DNA from: Octopus sinensis
Lineage: Eukaryota
Reading direction: 5' to 3'
NCBI RefSeq assembly: GCF_006345805.1
Contig: NC_042997.1
Coordinates: forward strand, 153,884,001 to 153,948,000
DNA: 64,000 bases
The notes below the pieces were generated by a model. That model had not been told where the DNA came from. It did not search any database and saw only the letters and a program-made list of their open reading frames with translations. Every line of letters starts with the position of its first letter. The first letter of the stretch is position 1. This document shows positions 26,878-39,269 of this stretch, piece by piece. Both the position numbers and the translations under genes were made by a program.

Positions 26878-27340
26878 ACATATATATATATATATACGAC
26901 AGGTTTCTTTCAGTTTCCGTCTACCAAATCCACTCATAAAGTTTTGGTTGATCCGGGTTTATAGTAGAAGGTTCTTGTCTAAGGTGCCACGCAGCGAGAA
27001 TGAACTCGGAACCATGTGGTTGGGAAGTAAGCTTCTTACTGCATAGCTATGCCTATGTATATGTGTGTGTGTTGTGTGTGTGTGTGTGTGTGTGGGTGTG
27101 CACTGTGTTGCATGAATGTGTGTATCTGAGTGTATGTGCGCGTGTATTTGTCCTTAACCACCGCTTTAAAACCGGTGTTAATGTGTTTATGTCCCTGTAA
27201 CTTACCAGTTCGGTGAGACCGATAGAATAAGTATTAGGTTTAAGAAAAAGTGTTGATGTCGATTGGTTCGACTAAAATCCTTCAAGGTGGTGGTCCAGCA
27301 TGGCCGCAGTTAAATGACTGAAACAAGTAAAAAATAAAAG
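26878..27340. mobile_element. Two S4 SINE halves (head on minus 26878-27056, tail on plus ~27130-27340)
   Basis: Both match S4 consensus segments. Confidence 0.65.
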
Positions 27341-27345
27341 ATACA

Positions 27346-27382
<37 letters not shown>

Positions 27383-27384
27383 TC

Positions 27385-27587
27385 ATTGCCCACAAGGGGC
27401 TAAACATAGAGAGGACAAATAAGGGCAAAGGTATTAACTCGACCAGAACGGGACAGTGCGTTACTGGTACTTAATTTATCGATTCCGAAAGGTCGACCTC
27501 GGCGGAATTTGAACTCAGAACGCAACGCAGACGAAATACCGCTGAACATTTCGGCCGGCGTGCCAACGATTCTGCCATCTCGCCGCC

Positions 27588-27590
<3 letters not shown>
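27385..27590 (-). mobile_element. S1 SINE
   Basis: Tail TTGCCCACAAGGGGCTAAAC through to head GCCATCTCGCCGCC; followed by (TATC)n. Confidence 0.8.
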
Positions 27591-27631
<41 letters not shown>

Positions 27632-28329
27632 TAAAGGGTGTAACTCTTTCTACGGAATAACACGGAAGGGGTCAATATATTGAGCAAATATCAAAGTTAC
27701 AGGTGGGAGAGGTGACATTCGTTTATCATTCTCCTAGTCCGACCAATACATTTTCAAAGTGGAAATACAATCAAATATATACATATATATTTTTTTATTA
27801 TAATCCTAAGGTTGCGCCATCACAATATATATACAGAAAATTACATCAGATAAAATAAATTAAATGAAAATCAGGAGCAGGTGAGATGTTTAAAAGATTT
27901 ACAATAGTCCTCGAATGAAGTAAAATTGAATAGAGTAAGGTTATTTAAAACTGCCCTCGAATGAAATAAAAATAAGGCAGTTCACGAATTAAATAAAAAA
28001 TATAATGAAGTGAGATATCTTACGATCGTTTCAGGGAATACACAAAGCAAAAACCTATTCTTTCGACTCTGGTGGCCGCATTTCCTTCATCAGAGATTAC
28101 ATTTTTTTAAGTTTAGGTTTTTTTAAAGTTTGATTTAAAAAAAAAAGAGATTTTCAGACAACAACTGAGTGATATTGGTAATATACATATGGACTCTCTC
28201 GTCGCTAGACGACGTATTCCGGTTCGACAATTTCTACCGTACGGACGTGTGTTTTTTGATCGCTGTGTCAATGTGCTATCTGCTTGAACCGTATGAACCT
28301 CTTGTGTCTTTTTGCTGTTCCTTGAATTC

Positions 28330-30190
28330 AACTACGCTTAGCGGTTGACGTTTCACGAAGACTAGTAGGTTTGCCCCATTGGGAGTGACCTACCAATAAT
28401 AGATCTATTGGACAGACCAACTTGCTTCAGTGAGCAACCCACCGACGTTAGTATGGAATTAAAACTAATGGAAAACAGCGCTCACTTACCAGAATTCTAC
28501 GATGAAACCTTCCCGCCTCTCACTCAAAAGAATTGAACACATGCCAAAATAAAGCATCGGAAAAGGCATACAGCCCATTTGGGGTAAAACAACTAATGTA
28601 GCAAGTGGCGAAATATATACAGTACTGTGGAAGTAAGGTTCGCTTCTGAAGAAGACGCAAAGAGATACTTCACAGTGCCTTTGCAGAGAAACGAGTTGGT
28701 GTTGTTACCAACGTACATGGGTCGACGTACTTCAAAAATAAATATAAGGTAGGTCCCACCGGAAGTCAATGTGGTGTGGCTTATGGCAGCCGTACTGCTG
28801 AACCTGGAGGATAGAGCCACTATCCTTCAGGCCACCAGGCTACACCAGCAGAACTGATGGGGCCAAGGTCTGGAGCTAATAATTCAGGCCACCCTGAGGG
28901 ACTTGGAAGAAATACCAGAACAAGTAATACTACCGGACGAGACCATATGAAGAGTCATGGTGGAAGGAAGAAGTCCAACGTGCTTTAAGTGTGGGCAAAA
29001 GCGCTACGTAAAATCCACGTTCCCATAGGTCCTACAACCAGAAGCACCCCCTCCACTTAGCAACCCACCTCAGTCTGACGACCCGAAAGAAAGCAAAGGG
29101 GAACCAACCAGCACCGCGACGAAGCAACCCATCAACCTACCACAAACTGTCGACCCGAAGGAAGACAGAAGATAGTCAATCAGTACCACAATTGAACAAC
29201 CCACCAACCCACCACAGACTGACAACCCGAAAGAAAACAGAAGTGGACCAACATCACGATAAAGCAGCCTTTAGGAAAGGCGCCACAGAGGGAAGTGGAC
29301 AACACCAAGAAGGACACCTCAAAGGAACCACCACCAACCTTGTTCGAAGAGAGAGACGACGGATGGACAATGGTTAAAAAGAGGGGGAAAATGAAAGGTA
29401 CGACCCTCGCACTCATAAAAAAACATCAAAGACAACCAAAAACACGCATCCACAACATACACACACAAACCAGAAACACCCTACTCAGCTACCTCAAACA
29501 AAGAAGCCATCAAAGACAACAAAGACAACCAAAACCCCGCACTCGAACAATACATACGCTGAACACACACATCCTACTCATTTTTCCCAAACAAAGCCAC
29601 ATATAAGCCATTAGCACAAGAGATATCACCGCCAGCAACATCGGGGGAAAATATACCACCCCAGCTAAACATACATACAGAAATTCACGTGTTACCCCAT
29701 AATTTGTCCCTCCAGACTCGAACACCAGAGAACTCAAAAGACAATCTAATGTTCTTTTCCATCAATTGTTACACGTCATTCAACCCAATTTGCCTGGCCT
29801 GTACTGTGAATGAAGAGTGTATGCCTTGTTGCATGTGTAAGATAATTGAATGTGAATAGCAGTGATCCTAAAAGAAGATCAAAATACAATGTGACATTCC
29901 TTTTTCATCAAGTGTTACATGTTATCTAATGTTGCTTCAACCCATTTTGTCTGTCCTGATTTGTAAATAAAGAACGCATGCCTCGTTACATGTGTGAGAT
30001 GACTTGGACGTAAGTACCAGTGATTCTAAAAGAGGATCAGTGATGATGCGTGGTTTGTGGGGTCCCCGTGTCCATCACTCCATTTTCATCATTTCCACCC
30101 TTTCATCATCTATACGCTATTTTGACCCCAATATTTTGTCTGTCCTGTATTGTCCCTCTATATCGGCCCTAGTGGCTAATAAAGAATGAA
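28330..30190 (+). mobile_element. Degraded non-LTR retroelement with gag-like ORF1 (CCHC knuckle), no visible ORF2, and AATAAA 3' end
   Basis: Decayed frame VRFASEEDAKRY...LLPTYMGRR...EIPEQVILPDE...RVMVEGRSPTCFKCGQKRYVKSTFP (knuckle 28981-29025); low-complexity repeats 29040-29600; tail ends GCTAATAAAGAA at 30186. Confidence 0.6.
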
Positions 30191-30195
30191 ATTTA

Positions 30196-30580
<385 letters not shown>

Positions 30581-30999
30581 CAACGTGTTTGTGTATGTAT
30601 GTATTTGTTAGTATAAGGTGACTTTCAAAATAGATAATTCTGAGCAAGCTGTGCTAGACCAATGGCAGCAGTTTATGAACAGGAAATAGCCACAGAAACA
30701 TGAGCAAAACACGGACGCTTGTAGATATATATGTAAACCATTCGACAATGGAGACACCGATTAAAAAAAATATATTGCGTTTCAGGATTTCGTCTCCGAC
30801 ATCAACAATGATTTATAAAGAATGAATGAAATTAGTGATGTGACTTGCAACATATATTAGAAACTGCCTAGTAATGCAGTTGATATTTTGGTGGTAGATG
30901 TTTCATCAATTTCTTATCAGCTGAAATTGACGTGTACGTGGTTTAGTATTCCGCAAATATATGCATCCTTACCATAATTCTTAGGCTGAGTCAACGATA

Positions 31000-31381
31000 T
31001 CTCTCTCTATATTAAAGCTGAATTTGTCTGTGCATGGCAGGTTTGGTAGCCTTCAACTAACACTATCTCCTCCGAGACCCTGCGGCGCAAGTTGACTAAA
31101 ATTGAGAGTTTGATAGAAGAAGGCTTGCCCTTCCTTCCGTAGAAGAATCAGACCATGTTAACACCAAAAATTATTTACATCAAAAAGGTGCTTTTTTCTA
31201 TGAAAATCCCTATTTTTTACGAACTTTTGACTGCTGTGTCGCCATTTTTTGGTGTATTTCAACCAGAAAAATGTTCACTTAAAGAGAATAACAAGCTACA
31301 TAATGCAAACTTTTTACTTTTCAAAAATTCCAATTCTAAAGGGTCGAAACAAACCCGAACAATGCCGGGCGATACTGCAAG
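31000..31381 (+). mobile_element. Non-autonomous Helitron (Helitron-N)
   Basis: A|TCTCTCTCTATATTAAAGC start; 3' hairpin CCCGAACAATGCCGGG then CAAG|T (degenerate CTAG). Confidence 0.7.
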
Positions 31382-31998
31382 TAATGCTATAAAGTTGACC
31401 CTTTGATGACTAGTACAACTCAGAGGAAGAAAATAAGAGAGAGAGAGAGGGGGAGAAAGAGGGGAGAGAGAGAAAAGAGAGAGAGAGTGAGGGGAGTAAG
31501 ATAGGAGAATCGATTCCAGTGCTAAACTAATATTGTATTTCATCGATCCTGAACAAATGAAAAGTGAAGTTGATCAAGGCAAGATCTGAACTCAGGTTGA
31601 AGACAGCGAGAACGAATATCACCAGGGCTTGCATTCGACGACTCTGCATCGACGATTCTGAAAATCAATCGTTTTAAATGATACAATGCTATAAGTTACA
31701 ATATCGTACAAACACATAATCGAAGCCTCAATGTTGTCACTCGATTCGTTGAAAACAGCAGCCAAATCATCTTTAAATCATTCCAGTACTATAGAACGTA
31801 GGAAGGACACAATGGCCAACGTGGTCCGAGATACACATATCTAAATAAAAACGAGATGGACCTATACAATAACAACAACGAAAACAACATCAACAATTAG
31901 CTTGTGTGTGATGAACAAGAAACGCTAAAATTCAGATTTATGGAGAGTAATTTGTCTTTAGTTCCAACTAAGCACACACACACACACAATTATATACC

Positions 31999-32418
31999 TA
32001 TTTCTTTACTACCCACAAAGGGCTAAACATAGAGGGGATAAACAAGGACAGACAAACGGATTACATCGATTATATCGACCCCAGTGCGTAGCTGGTACTT
32101 TATTTATCGACTCCGAAAGGATGAAAGGAAAAGTCGACCTCGGCGGAATTTGAAGTCAGAACGTAACGGCAGACGAAATACCTATTTCTTTATTACCCAC
32201 AAGGGGCTAAACACAGAGGGGACAAACAAGGACAGACATAGGTATTAAGTCGATTACATCGACCCCAGTGCGTAACTGGTACTTAATTTATCGACCCCGA
32301 AAGGATGAAAGGCAAAGTCGACCTCGGCGGAATTTGAACTCACAACGTAACGCAGACGAAATACCGCTAAGCATTTCGCCCGACGTGCTAACGTCTCTGC
32401 CAGCTCGCCGCCTTATAT
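31999..32418 (-). mobile_element. S1 SINE dimer with one head and a 17-bp TSD
   Basis: TSD ACACACAATTATATACC at 31982-31998 and 32419-32435. Confidence 0.88.
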
Positions 32419-33129
32419 ACACACAATTATATACCACTTAAAAGTGGATGTTGCGTCAGAACACACATGATTATTTGATGCGTAACGCACATCATATCAA
32501 TCACTAGCAGAAGACAATCACTGCAACTTCTGCTGCCAGAACTACCAGATCATGTGATTTCGTCCTCATTTGGTCTTGTTAATGATAGACACCTGGCAAC
32601 TGGAAATAGCAGTAACTGCCTGTGAGGTAGTGATAAAAAGAGACGTGAAGGAACACAGTTTCAAAGCGCTATGTGGATGGGTTGGAGATCAACGCAATCA
32701 TTGCGAACACATTAGGCTGTTGTTTCAGAAGGCAATGTACTAAGCTCCCTGGGAAAATGTTTTAGAAAACTGATTTTAATGGTAGGTGAAAAGAATGCGA
32801 AAACTTCAACACTAGAGACAACATCAGTGCCAAACTGACCCTAATCAAAATGTGTTGCAATTTTGTTAACAATTACTTTCATAGTGTCAGAGGAATGTCG
32901 TGACAAACAGACAAGCTAAGTAAATACACACACACACGCACACATTTATATGTATACACATACATATATATATACACATATATATATATATATTTATGTA
33001 TATATTCATACATATGTACATGCATGTATACATACACATACACACACATGCGTGTGTGTTGTACTTCTAATTCAGAGTGGGCAAACTTCTTCTGCTGCAA
33101 TATTTCGTATGAGAAATTGCCAAAAAAAT

Positions 33130-33189
33130 TAATTAATTAATTAATTAATTAATAATAATAATAATAATAGTAATAATAATAATAATAAT

Positions 33190-33242
<53 letters not shown>
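33130..33242. repeat. (TAAT)n/(AAT)n microsatellite
   Basis: Direct reading. Confidence 0.95.
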
Positions 33243-33244
<2 letters not shown>

Positions 33245-34190
33245 GCTACAAAACTATTACAAAATAACCACCATAGGACTACAAAAATACCTACTTCAGA
33301 AGCATGGAAAACTAATACAAATAGCCACAAAACACGAACAAAACAAAAAACTGTTTTCGGTCTTTAAGGAAGCTGACAAATGCAAGAAAGAAGTCATAGT
33401 ACCTAACAAAGAAAAAGCTGTAAACAACTGAAATTCAAACTAAAACTGGAACAGCAACGGATCATGATAAAACAATGGGAAGAAAAGCCCATTCATTGCA
33501 AATACTGGGTTAAACTAAACGCAAAAGAAATAGACAAAGAAAATCACGAGGGCTGAGATACTCAGGACTCAAAGCAGAGACTGAATGATTTTTAATTGCT
33601 GCACAAGACTAAAGTCACCTCGCCCGAAGCTACCAAAAGCATATAATGAAATGAAACATAAGTAACTGCAGAATCTGTGGAAATGGACAAGAAACAATAA
33701 ACCATATTGTCTCTGGCTGCCCAGTCCTGGTTAAGAAGGAATATATTAACAGACATGGCAGAGTTGGGATCTGTATACACTGGATGCTATGTTAACACTA
33801 TGGAATAACAACAGAAATAAGATGGTATAGGCACACGCCAGAAAAGGTCACAGAAAATGAGAAATCAACCATACTGTGAGATATGTCATTACACACAGAT
33901 AGAGAGATTAAGGCCAATAGGCCGGATATAGTTATCAGATATCAAGAAAAAAATGCTTTCTAAACGATGTATCAATACCAACAGATGACAACGTTTCTCT
34001 TAAAGAAATGGAGAAACTTTCAAAATACAAAGACATGGAAATAGAGGTAACTCGAATGTGGCGTCTGAAAGCAGAAACAATTCCTATCATAGTGGGTGCA
34101 TTAGGTATGATAAAAATATTCAGAGAGATACATAACAAAAACAGCAGGATTAACAAGTATATATAACTAACTAATATATAGTGCGTGTGC
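33243..34190 (+). pseudogene. R4/Dong-like LINE C-terminus (CCHC zinc knuckle + restriction-like endonuclease)
   Basis: Frames read GLKAETE*FLIAAQD, CRICGNGQETINHIVSGCPVL, RWYRHTPEKV, IKANRPDIVI, DVSIP, EKLSKYKDMEIEVTRMW and TIPIIVGALGMI. Confidence 0.85.
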
Positions 34191-34302
34191 TTATAAAAAA
34201 AAGAAAAAGAAAAGCAAAGAAAAAAAGAAATGATCATCCCGAAATACAATATCTGTTTCAACACACGGTTTTACATCAGGAATCCTACAACATAATTTCA
34301 TA

Positions 34303-34344
<42 letters not shown>

Positions 34345-34348
<4 letters not shown>

Positions 34349-34584
34349 GGCGCATGGCTCAGTGGTTGGAGCGTCGGGCTTACGATCGTGAGGTTGTGAG
34401 TTCGAATCCTAGACTGGGCTGCGTGTTGTGTTCTTGAGCAAGATACTTTATTTCATGTTGTTCCAGTTCACTCGGCTGTAGAAATGAGTTGCTAGTCTTC
34501 CATAAATAACCTTTCCCAGACTTGTGTCTGGGAGGGTAACTTTCTAGGTGCAATCCCATGGTCAGTCATGACCGAAGGGGTCCC
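34345..34584 (+). mobile_element. S2 SINE
   Basis: TGAAGGCGCATGGCTCAGTGGTTGG...GAGTTCGAATCC (A and B boxes). Confidence 0.82.
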
Positions 34585-34619
34585 AGCCCACTATGTATGT
34601 ATGTATGTATGTATGTATG

Positions 34620-34650
<31 letters not shown>

Positions 34651-35417
34651 GTATGCGTGTATTACGTATGCATGTAATTGTGTGTGTGTTTGTTATCTTT
34701 TATCTTTTAGTTGTTTCGGTCATTAGATTGCGATCTTGCTAGGACATCTTGAAGAATTTTAGTCGAAGAAATCGACCTCTGTACTAATTTGGTTATTTGA
34801 AGCCTCGTACTTATTTTAACGGGTACGTAAACATGCTAACACCGGTTATCATACGATGGTAGTGGAAAAATACAGGCGTACACACAAACACACACACACA
34901 CACACACACACATATCTTAATGTATAAAATCCGTTCTGTCTGTCTGTTTGTGCGCTTATAACTCGAGTATTGCCATCCAATCTCGCTGAAATTTTAAACA
35001 TGGATACACGAGATAACGGGGCGTTTCGTAATCTAAAAAGATTTTCAAAATTGTTAGTTTTAAAGTGAAAATCGCTATTTTAGTAATCTTTATGTCCTGT
35101 TTGTTCCGCTATTAAAACAACCATTTGCTCAGACAGTCGGCACATACCGACTTTGCTAGCAACAAGAGGAGTACAGGATGACAGTCAGCCAAAACCGTCG
35201 CTATGCTGTCTCTCTTCTTTCCTCTCTCTGTGGGGTTAATAATCTTAATGTTTAGTTACAGTTTCTCATTCAAACTACATAATAGGCAGAACTGTCTGAT
35301 TAAGACAGTAAAGTGTTTTGAGGGAAATTTGGCTGCTATTTCTACCAGGTCTAACTACCATGCAGAGGTCTCCCTCATTAGCTTATACATACATACATAC
35401 ATACATACATACATACA

Positions 35418-35472
<55 letters not shown>

Positions 35473-35473
35473 C

Positions 35474-35667
35474 GCGTGTGTACCGTTGGCGATTTTTTTC
35501 CTCTGTCTTCCCTTCTCTGGATCTTTCCTTCTCCTATGTTTCCGACGAAGAGCTCCGCTCGAAACGTTAAGCCCTCCTTCTTTCCTTCTTTCCTGAGCGT
35601 CCAATAATACTATATTTGTTCCACGTCCTCGCGTTGTTGTGTTTTTTTTGTGCTTTCTTGTTTGGAT

Positions 35668-35672
<5 letters not shown>
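35474..35672 (+). repeat. Penelope-like terminal fragment with hammerhead-like core, inserted in TA/TACA microsatellite
   Basis: CCGACGAAGAGCTCCGCTCGAAACGTT at 35542-35568; related to the 9.2/11.2-kb family. Confidence 0.6.
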
Positions 35673-35752
<80 letters not shown>

Positions 35753-36250
35753 ATATAATATAATAAAATAATATATATAAATAAATAAAATACAGTGTCA
35801 TGGCCCAAAAATTTCCAACTTCTTGCCTAATGCGAGCCCAGAGCAATCTGTTATCTCTTACACTATTTCAGTATTATGTCTGTATTGTAATGTGAGATAC
35901 TGTCCTATATATTATATATTCCTTATGCTTTCCAAAACCGAGTTACAGATTTTGACGTATGGGGTATCAAAAGATTCAGTACTATTTTGGCTACAAATTA
36001 AATTTAATTTCCTTTCACATATTTGCATTTCAAAAATTTGACGTAATCTTTTCCATAAATCAACTTTCGTAAAAAATTTTATACGATGACGTTACATTTT
36101 CTATGTGTGTAAAAGACATCAATCATCGCGACACACACCTTCACTCAGTCACTCTCTCTCTTTCTCACTCTCTTTTTCTCTCATATACACATGCACACAC
36201 GCACGCACGCACGCACACACACACACACACATACACACACACACACACAA

Positions 36251-36317
<67 letters not shown>

Positions 36318-36668
36318 TACACACATGTCCATTTCAAATAGATGTACATTCATCTTTCCCTTTATTTTTCTGTTCTTTTCGCTCTTTCTTCTTTCAATTT
36401 CTGCTCTCTTCAAATAAAACTTTTACGGATCAAACTGCTTACAAAATTAGGGATTAATGTAAAATTTCTTACTATGTTCATAATTTTTTGTTTATAACAT
36501 CGGGAAAAATATGTCACCAAAGAAAAGACGTAATCTCTCCAGAAACAAGTATAAAGCAAGGAGGATTGTAGAAAACCGAAGGCGAAGAGAGAGGCTAGAT
36601 GAGATTTTCTCAAGATCAGCAAATGCATGTTGCAGCACTTAATGCTGGATCATTAAATCAGTGTTTTA

Positions 36669-37140
36669 ATGATTAGACAGAGGTCCAATAGAATAGGTCT
36701 CAGAAACAGACTACGTACAAATTCGTTTTTCACAACTTTTGAAGCTGTTTTCAAATATGATCCATCCCATTCTTATAAAATTAATAACTCTTTCCAAATT
36801 GGTGTGCTAAACACAAATTGCCTTTTGTGTAGAGCTTTAAAATTTTCAAATGAAACAAATGGCATGTGCTGCTCAAGCGGTCAGGTAACATTGCCAGCAC
36901 TACCAGCTCCTTCTCAACCTCTTATGGATCTTCTAGAAGGCACTTCCATCCAGTCAAAGGATTTTCTGAACAATATCAGACAACACAACTCTGCAAATGA
37001 CATCATTTGGTGTATCTAAGAAGATAGATAAACATGAATTTACGACAAAGTCAAAGTTCAAAGGCAAGTATATCACCTCATTGGTTTCCTGTTACCCACA
37101 AATGAATAACCCCAGTTCCTCCAAATTTACTTTATGAGTG
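36669..37140 (+). pseudogene. Helitron RepHel N-terminal region fragment
   Basis: CLLCRALKFSNETNGMCCSSGQVTLP...FLNNIRQHNS, then after a frameshift KVQRQVYHLIGFLLP...FLQIYF. Confidence 0.85.
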
Positions 37141-37399
37141 ATGTAGGACATCAAACCCGAAGGAGGTGTCAACATTTCAGATGATGGGTCGTGTTAAGCA
37201 TAGCACTGACTGCTGCAAAAGAGAGTATATCCACTGACAGCATTTCGGTGCGTTCAAAATCTCATAACTCCACAGGTTAGGGCCTGAAATACTCCAAACA
37301 GACGCACGTTCATATATCACCTGTTTCAATATTACTGTAATGTATTATATACAAACTATGCCATTTTAATCCCCCGAGCAATGCAGGGTGTCTCTGCTA

Positions 37400-37440
<41 letters not shown>

Positions 37441-37511
37441 GGTGCCCTAGCAAGGCAACAGCTTGTGAGCTGAAACTAAATAATAAAAAAAAAATATATA
37501 TATATATATAT

Positions 37512-37865
37512 ACTAGCATAGTGCTAGTGCATACATATACAGCTGCGTGCGTGCGCATATACACGCGAGTACTGTCCAAAATCTCCGACCAATCACATAT
37601 AGCTAGCTGGCATTCAATTGGCGTAGCAGGTTTCGGGCATTTTAATTGGGTTTTGGATAGAAAATTCACAAAAAAGTCACTTCTATTGATTTTTTAATGG
37701 CTTTGCGGGGTGACTGGGGAAATGTAAAGATGTGCACGACCACACCTTGGACGGTTTTGAATGACCATAGAAAGTGTGAGCCCTCTAACTGAAAAATTGT
37801 GGATTTTGTATAAAGGACACGCACACACACACATACAGACATTTTGCCGTTTATATATACATATA
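37512..37865 (-). mobile_element. Probable non-autonomous Helitron-like repeat
   Basis: Reverse complement 5' TATATATAAACGGCAAAATGTCTGTATGTGTG; CTAG at the opposite end, hairpin not clear. Confidence 0.45.
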
Positions 37866-39269
37866 AACTAAGTTATAACACTAAGTCAATAATTTAGTAA
37901 AAAACTAAAATTATTTGACAAAAAAAAAGTTACAAAAATGTACACTGTTAAAACTATGTCGATTGCTTATGTAAGCGTAATGACTCGTGTTAAACAAGGA
38001 CAGTCGATTAAACTGTTCTCTGGTTCTTATTTTAACGAAGGCAAAATGCAAAATGGTCCACGGCGGAATTTGAACAAAGAGAAATGATAAATTATCACGA
38101 TTTATTTTCTCCGACGTTGTACCAACTTCTCCACGCTACTGGCTCTTTGGAAAAATCATGCAAGTTGTTGCAATAATTTCTCATCGATGTTTACGTAAAA
38201 GTGAACGCACGCTGCTTACGTTTCGCACGAAATACGAAACCTCAGTCTAGAGTTAGTCTCTACAGTGGCTTCATGGTTCATCTTGCCATGAACCCAAATC
38301 CTGCGGATTCTGCTATGCTGGTTATTCTTTCCTCATAACTCAAAAAAAAAAAAATCCAAAGACTATGTAACAGTATTACCATAGCTTTAGTATGAAAATT
38401 TGAAAAGCCTAATCTTTTCACATACAGATGTAATCACAGGAGTCTTGGGATCAAAACAATTTAAGTCCTTTCAAAGCTACAGAAAAACAGGCTTGATTTA
38501 GTTGCACGTATCTATCATAGACACATTAATGAGCTGTTAATTTACATTAAGGAAAAACAAAACAAAACAAAAACGTACTCTATATTCTGGTGCCTGTGAT
38601 AGAATTTCAGAAATGAGATTACAACATTGTCACATGATTATCATGTTCAGAGACCATGGCAAACTGCAAGCAAATTATTTTATCAAAAAAAGACCCAGAA
38701 CTGAAATGGAAAGTGAGAGAAATTTAATCATTCACGGTTCTTGCAAGATTCAAAACCGCAATTCCATCCGCATGGAAAAAGGTCATTGTTACAAAAGAAA
38801 TTTCGAAGAAGTTCGATATCCTGTTTACCGAAGACGAAGCAATGTTGAGGTTCAGATTGGGAAACATTGGGTAGGTAGCAGGTATTTAGATGGATAGGTG
38901 GTATTCCATCAAATGTGACTCCGCTCAGAAGGCTATAATCTTATTTGGTAGTAACCCGGTAAAAAAGAAATACATGGAACAAGAGAGAGAGTGACGCTCT
39001 TGTAATCCCAAGGTGCAACTGCATGTGTAGGCTACGTCATGTTTCTCTGGAAGACATTACACATGTGATTAGCAGCCGTCCTAAAATGTCGTCTCGGTAC
39101 TACCTCCCTACGCGGCAAGATGTTGTTGCTAAAACAATTTACAATGCCATCCGCAAAAAAGCCTGTCCTGAAATAAACTTAGAAAATCCCTCTGTTATGG
39201 AATATATTCATAAACACCAACTCAAGGAATACTGGTGGAATGTTCCCATCAAAACGTTTATCAAATGTA

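Larger units (their letters stand above)
34915..37400 (+). mobile_element. Internally deleted Helitron retaining an N-terminal Rep segment
   Basis: A|TCTTAATGTATAAAATCCG start (34915); 3' hairpin CCCGAGCAATGCAGGG + CTAG|T (37397-37400); it contains secondary repeat insertions. Confidence 0.75.

Noticed and set aside
32623-32631. TGAGGTAGT, resembling the let-7 5' end
   Set aside because: The sequence diverges after 9 nt and I see no pre-miRNA hairpin.
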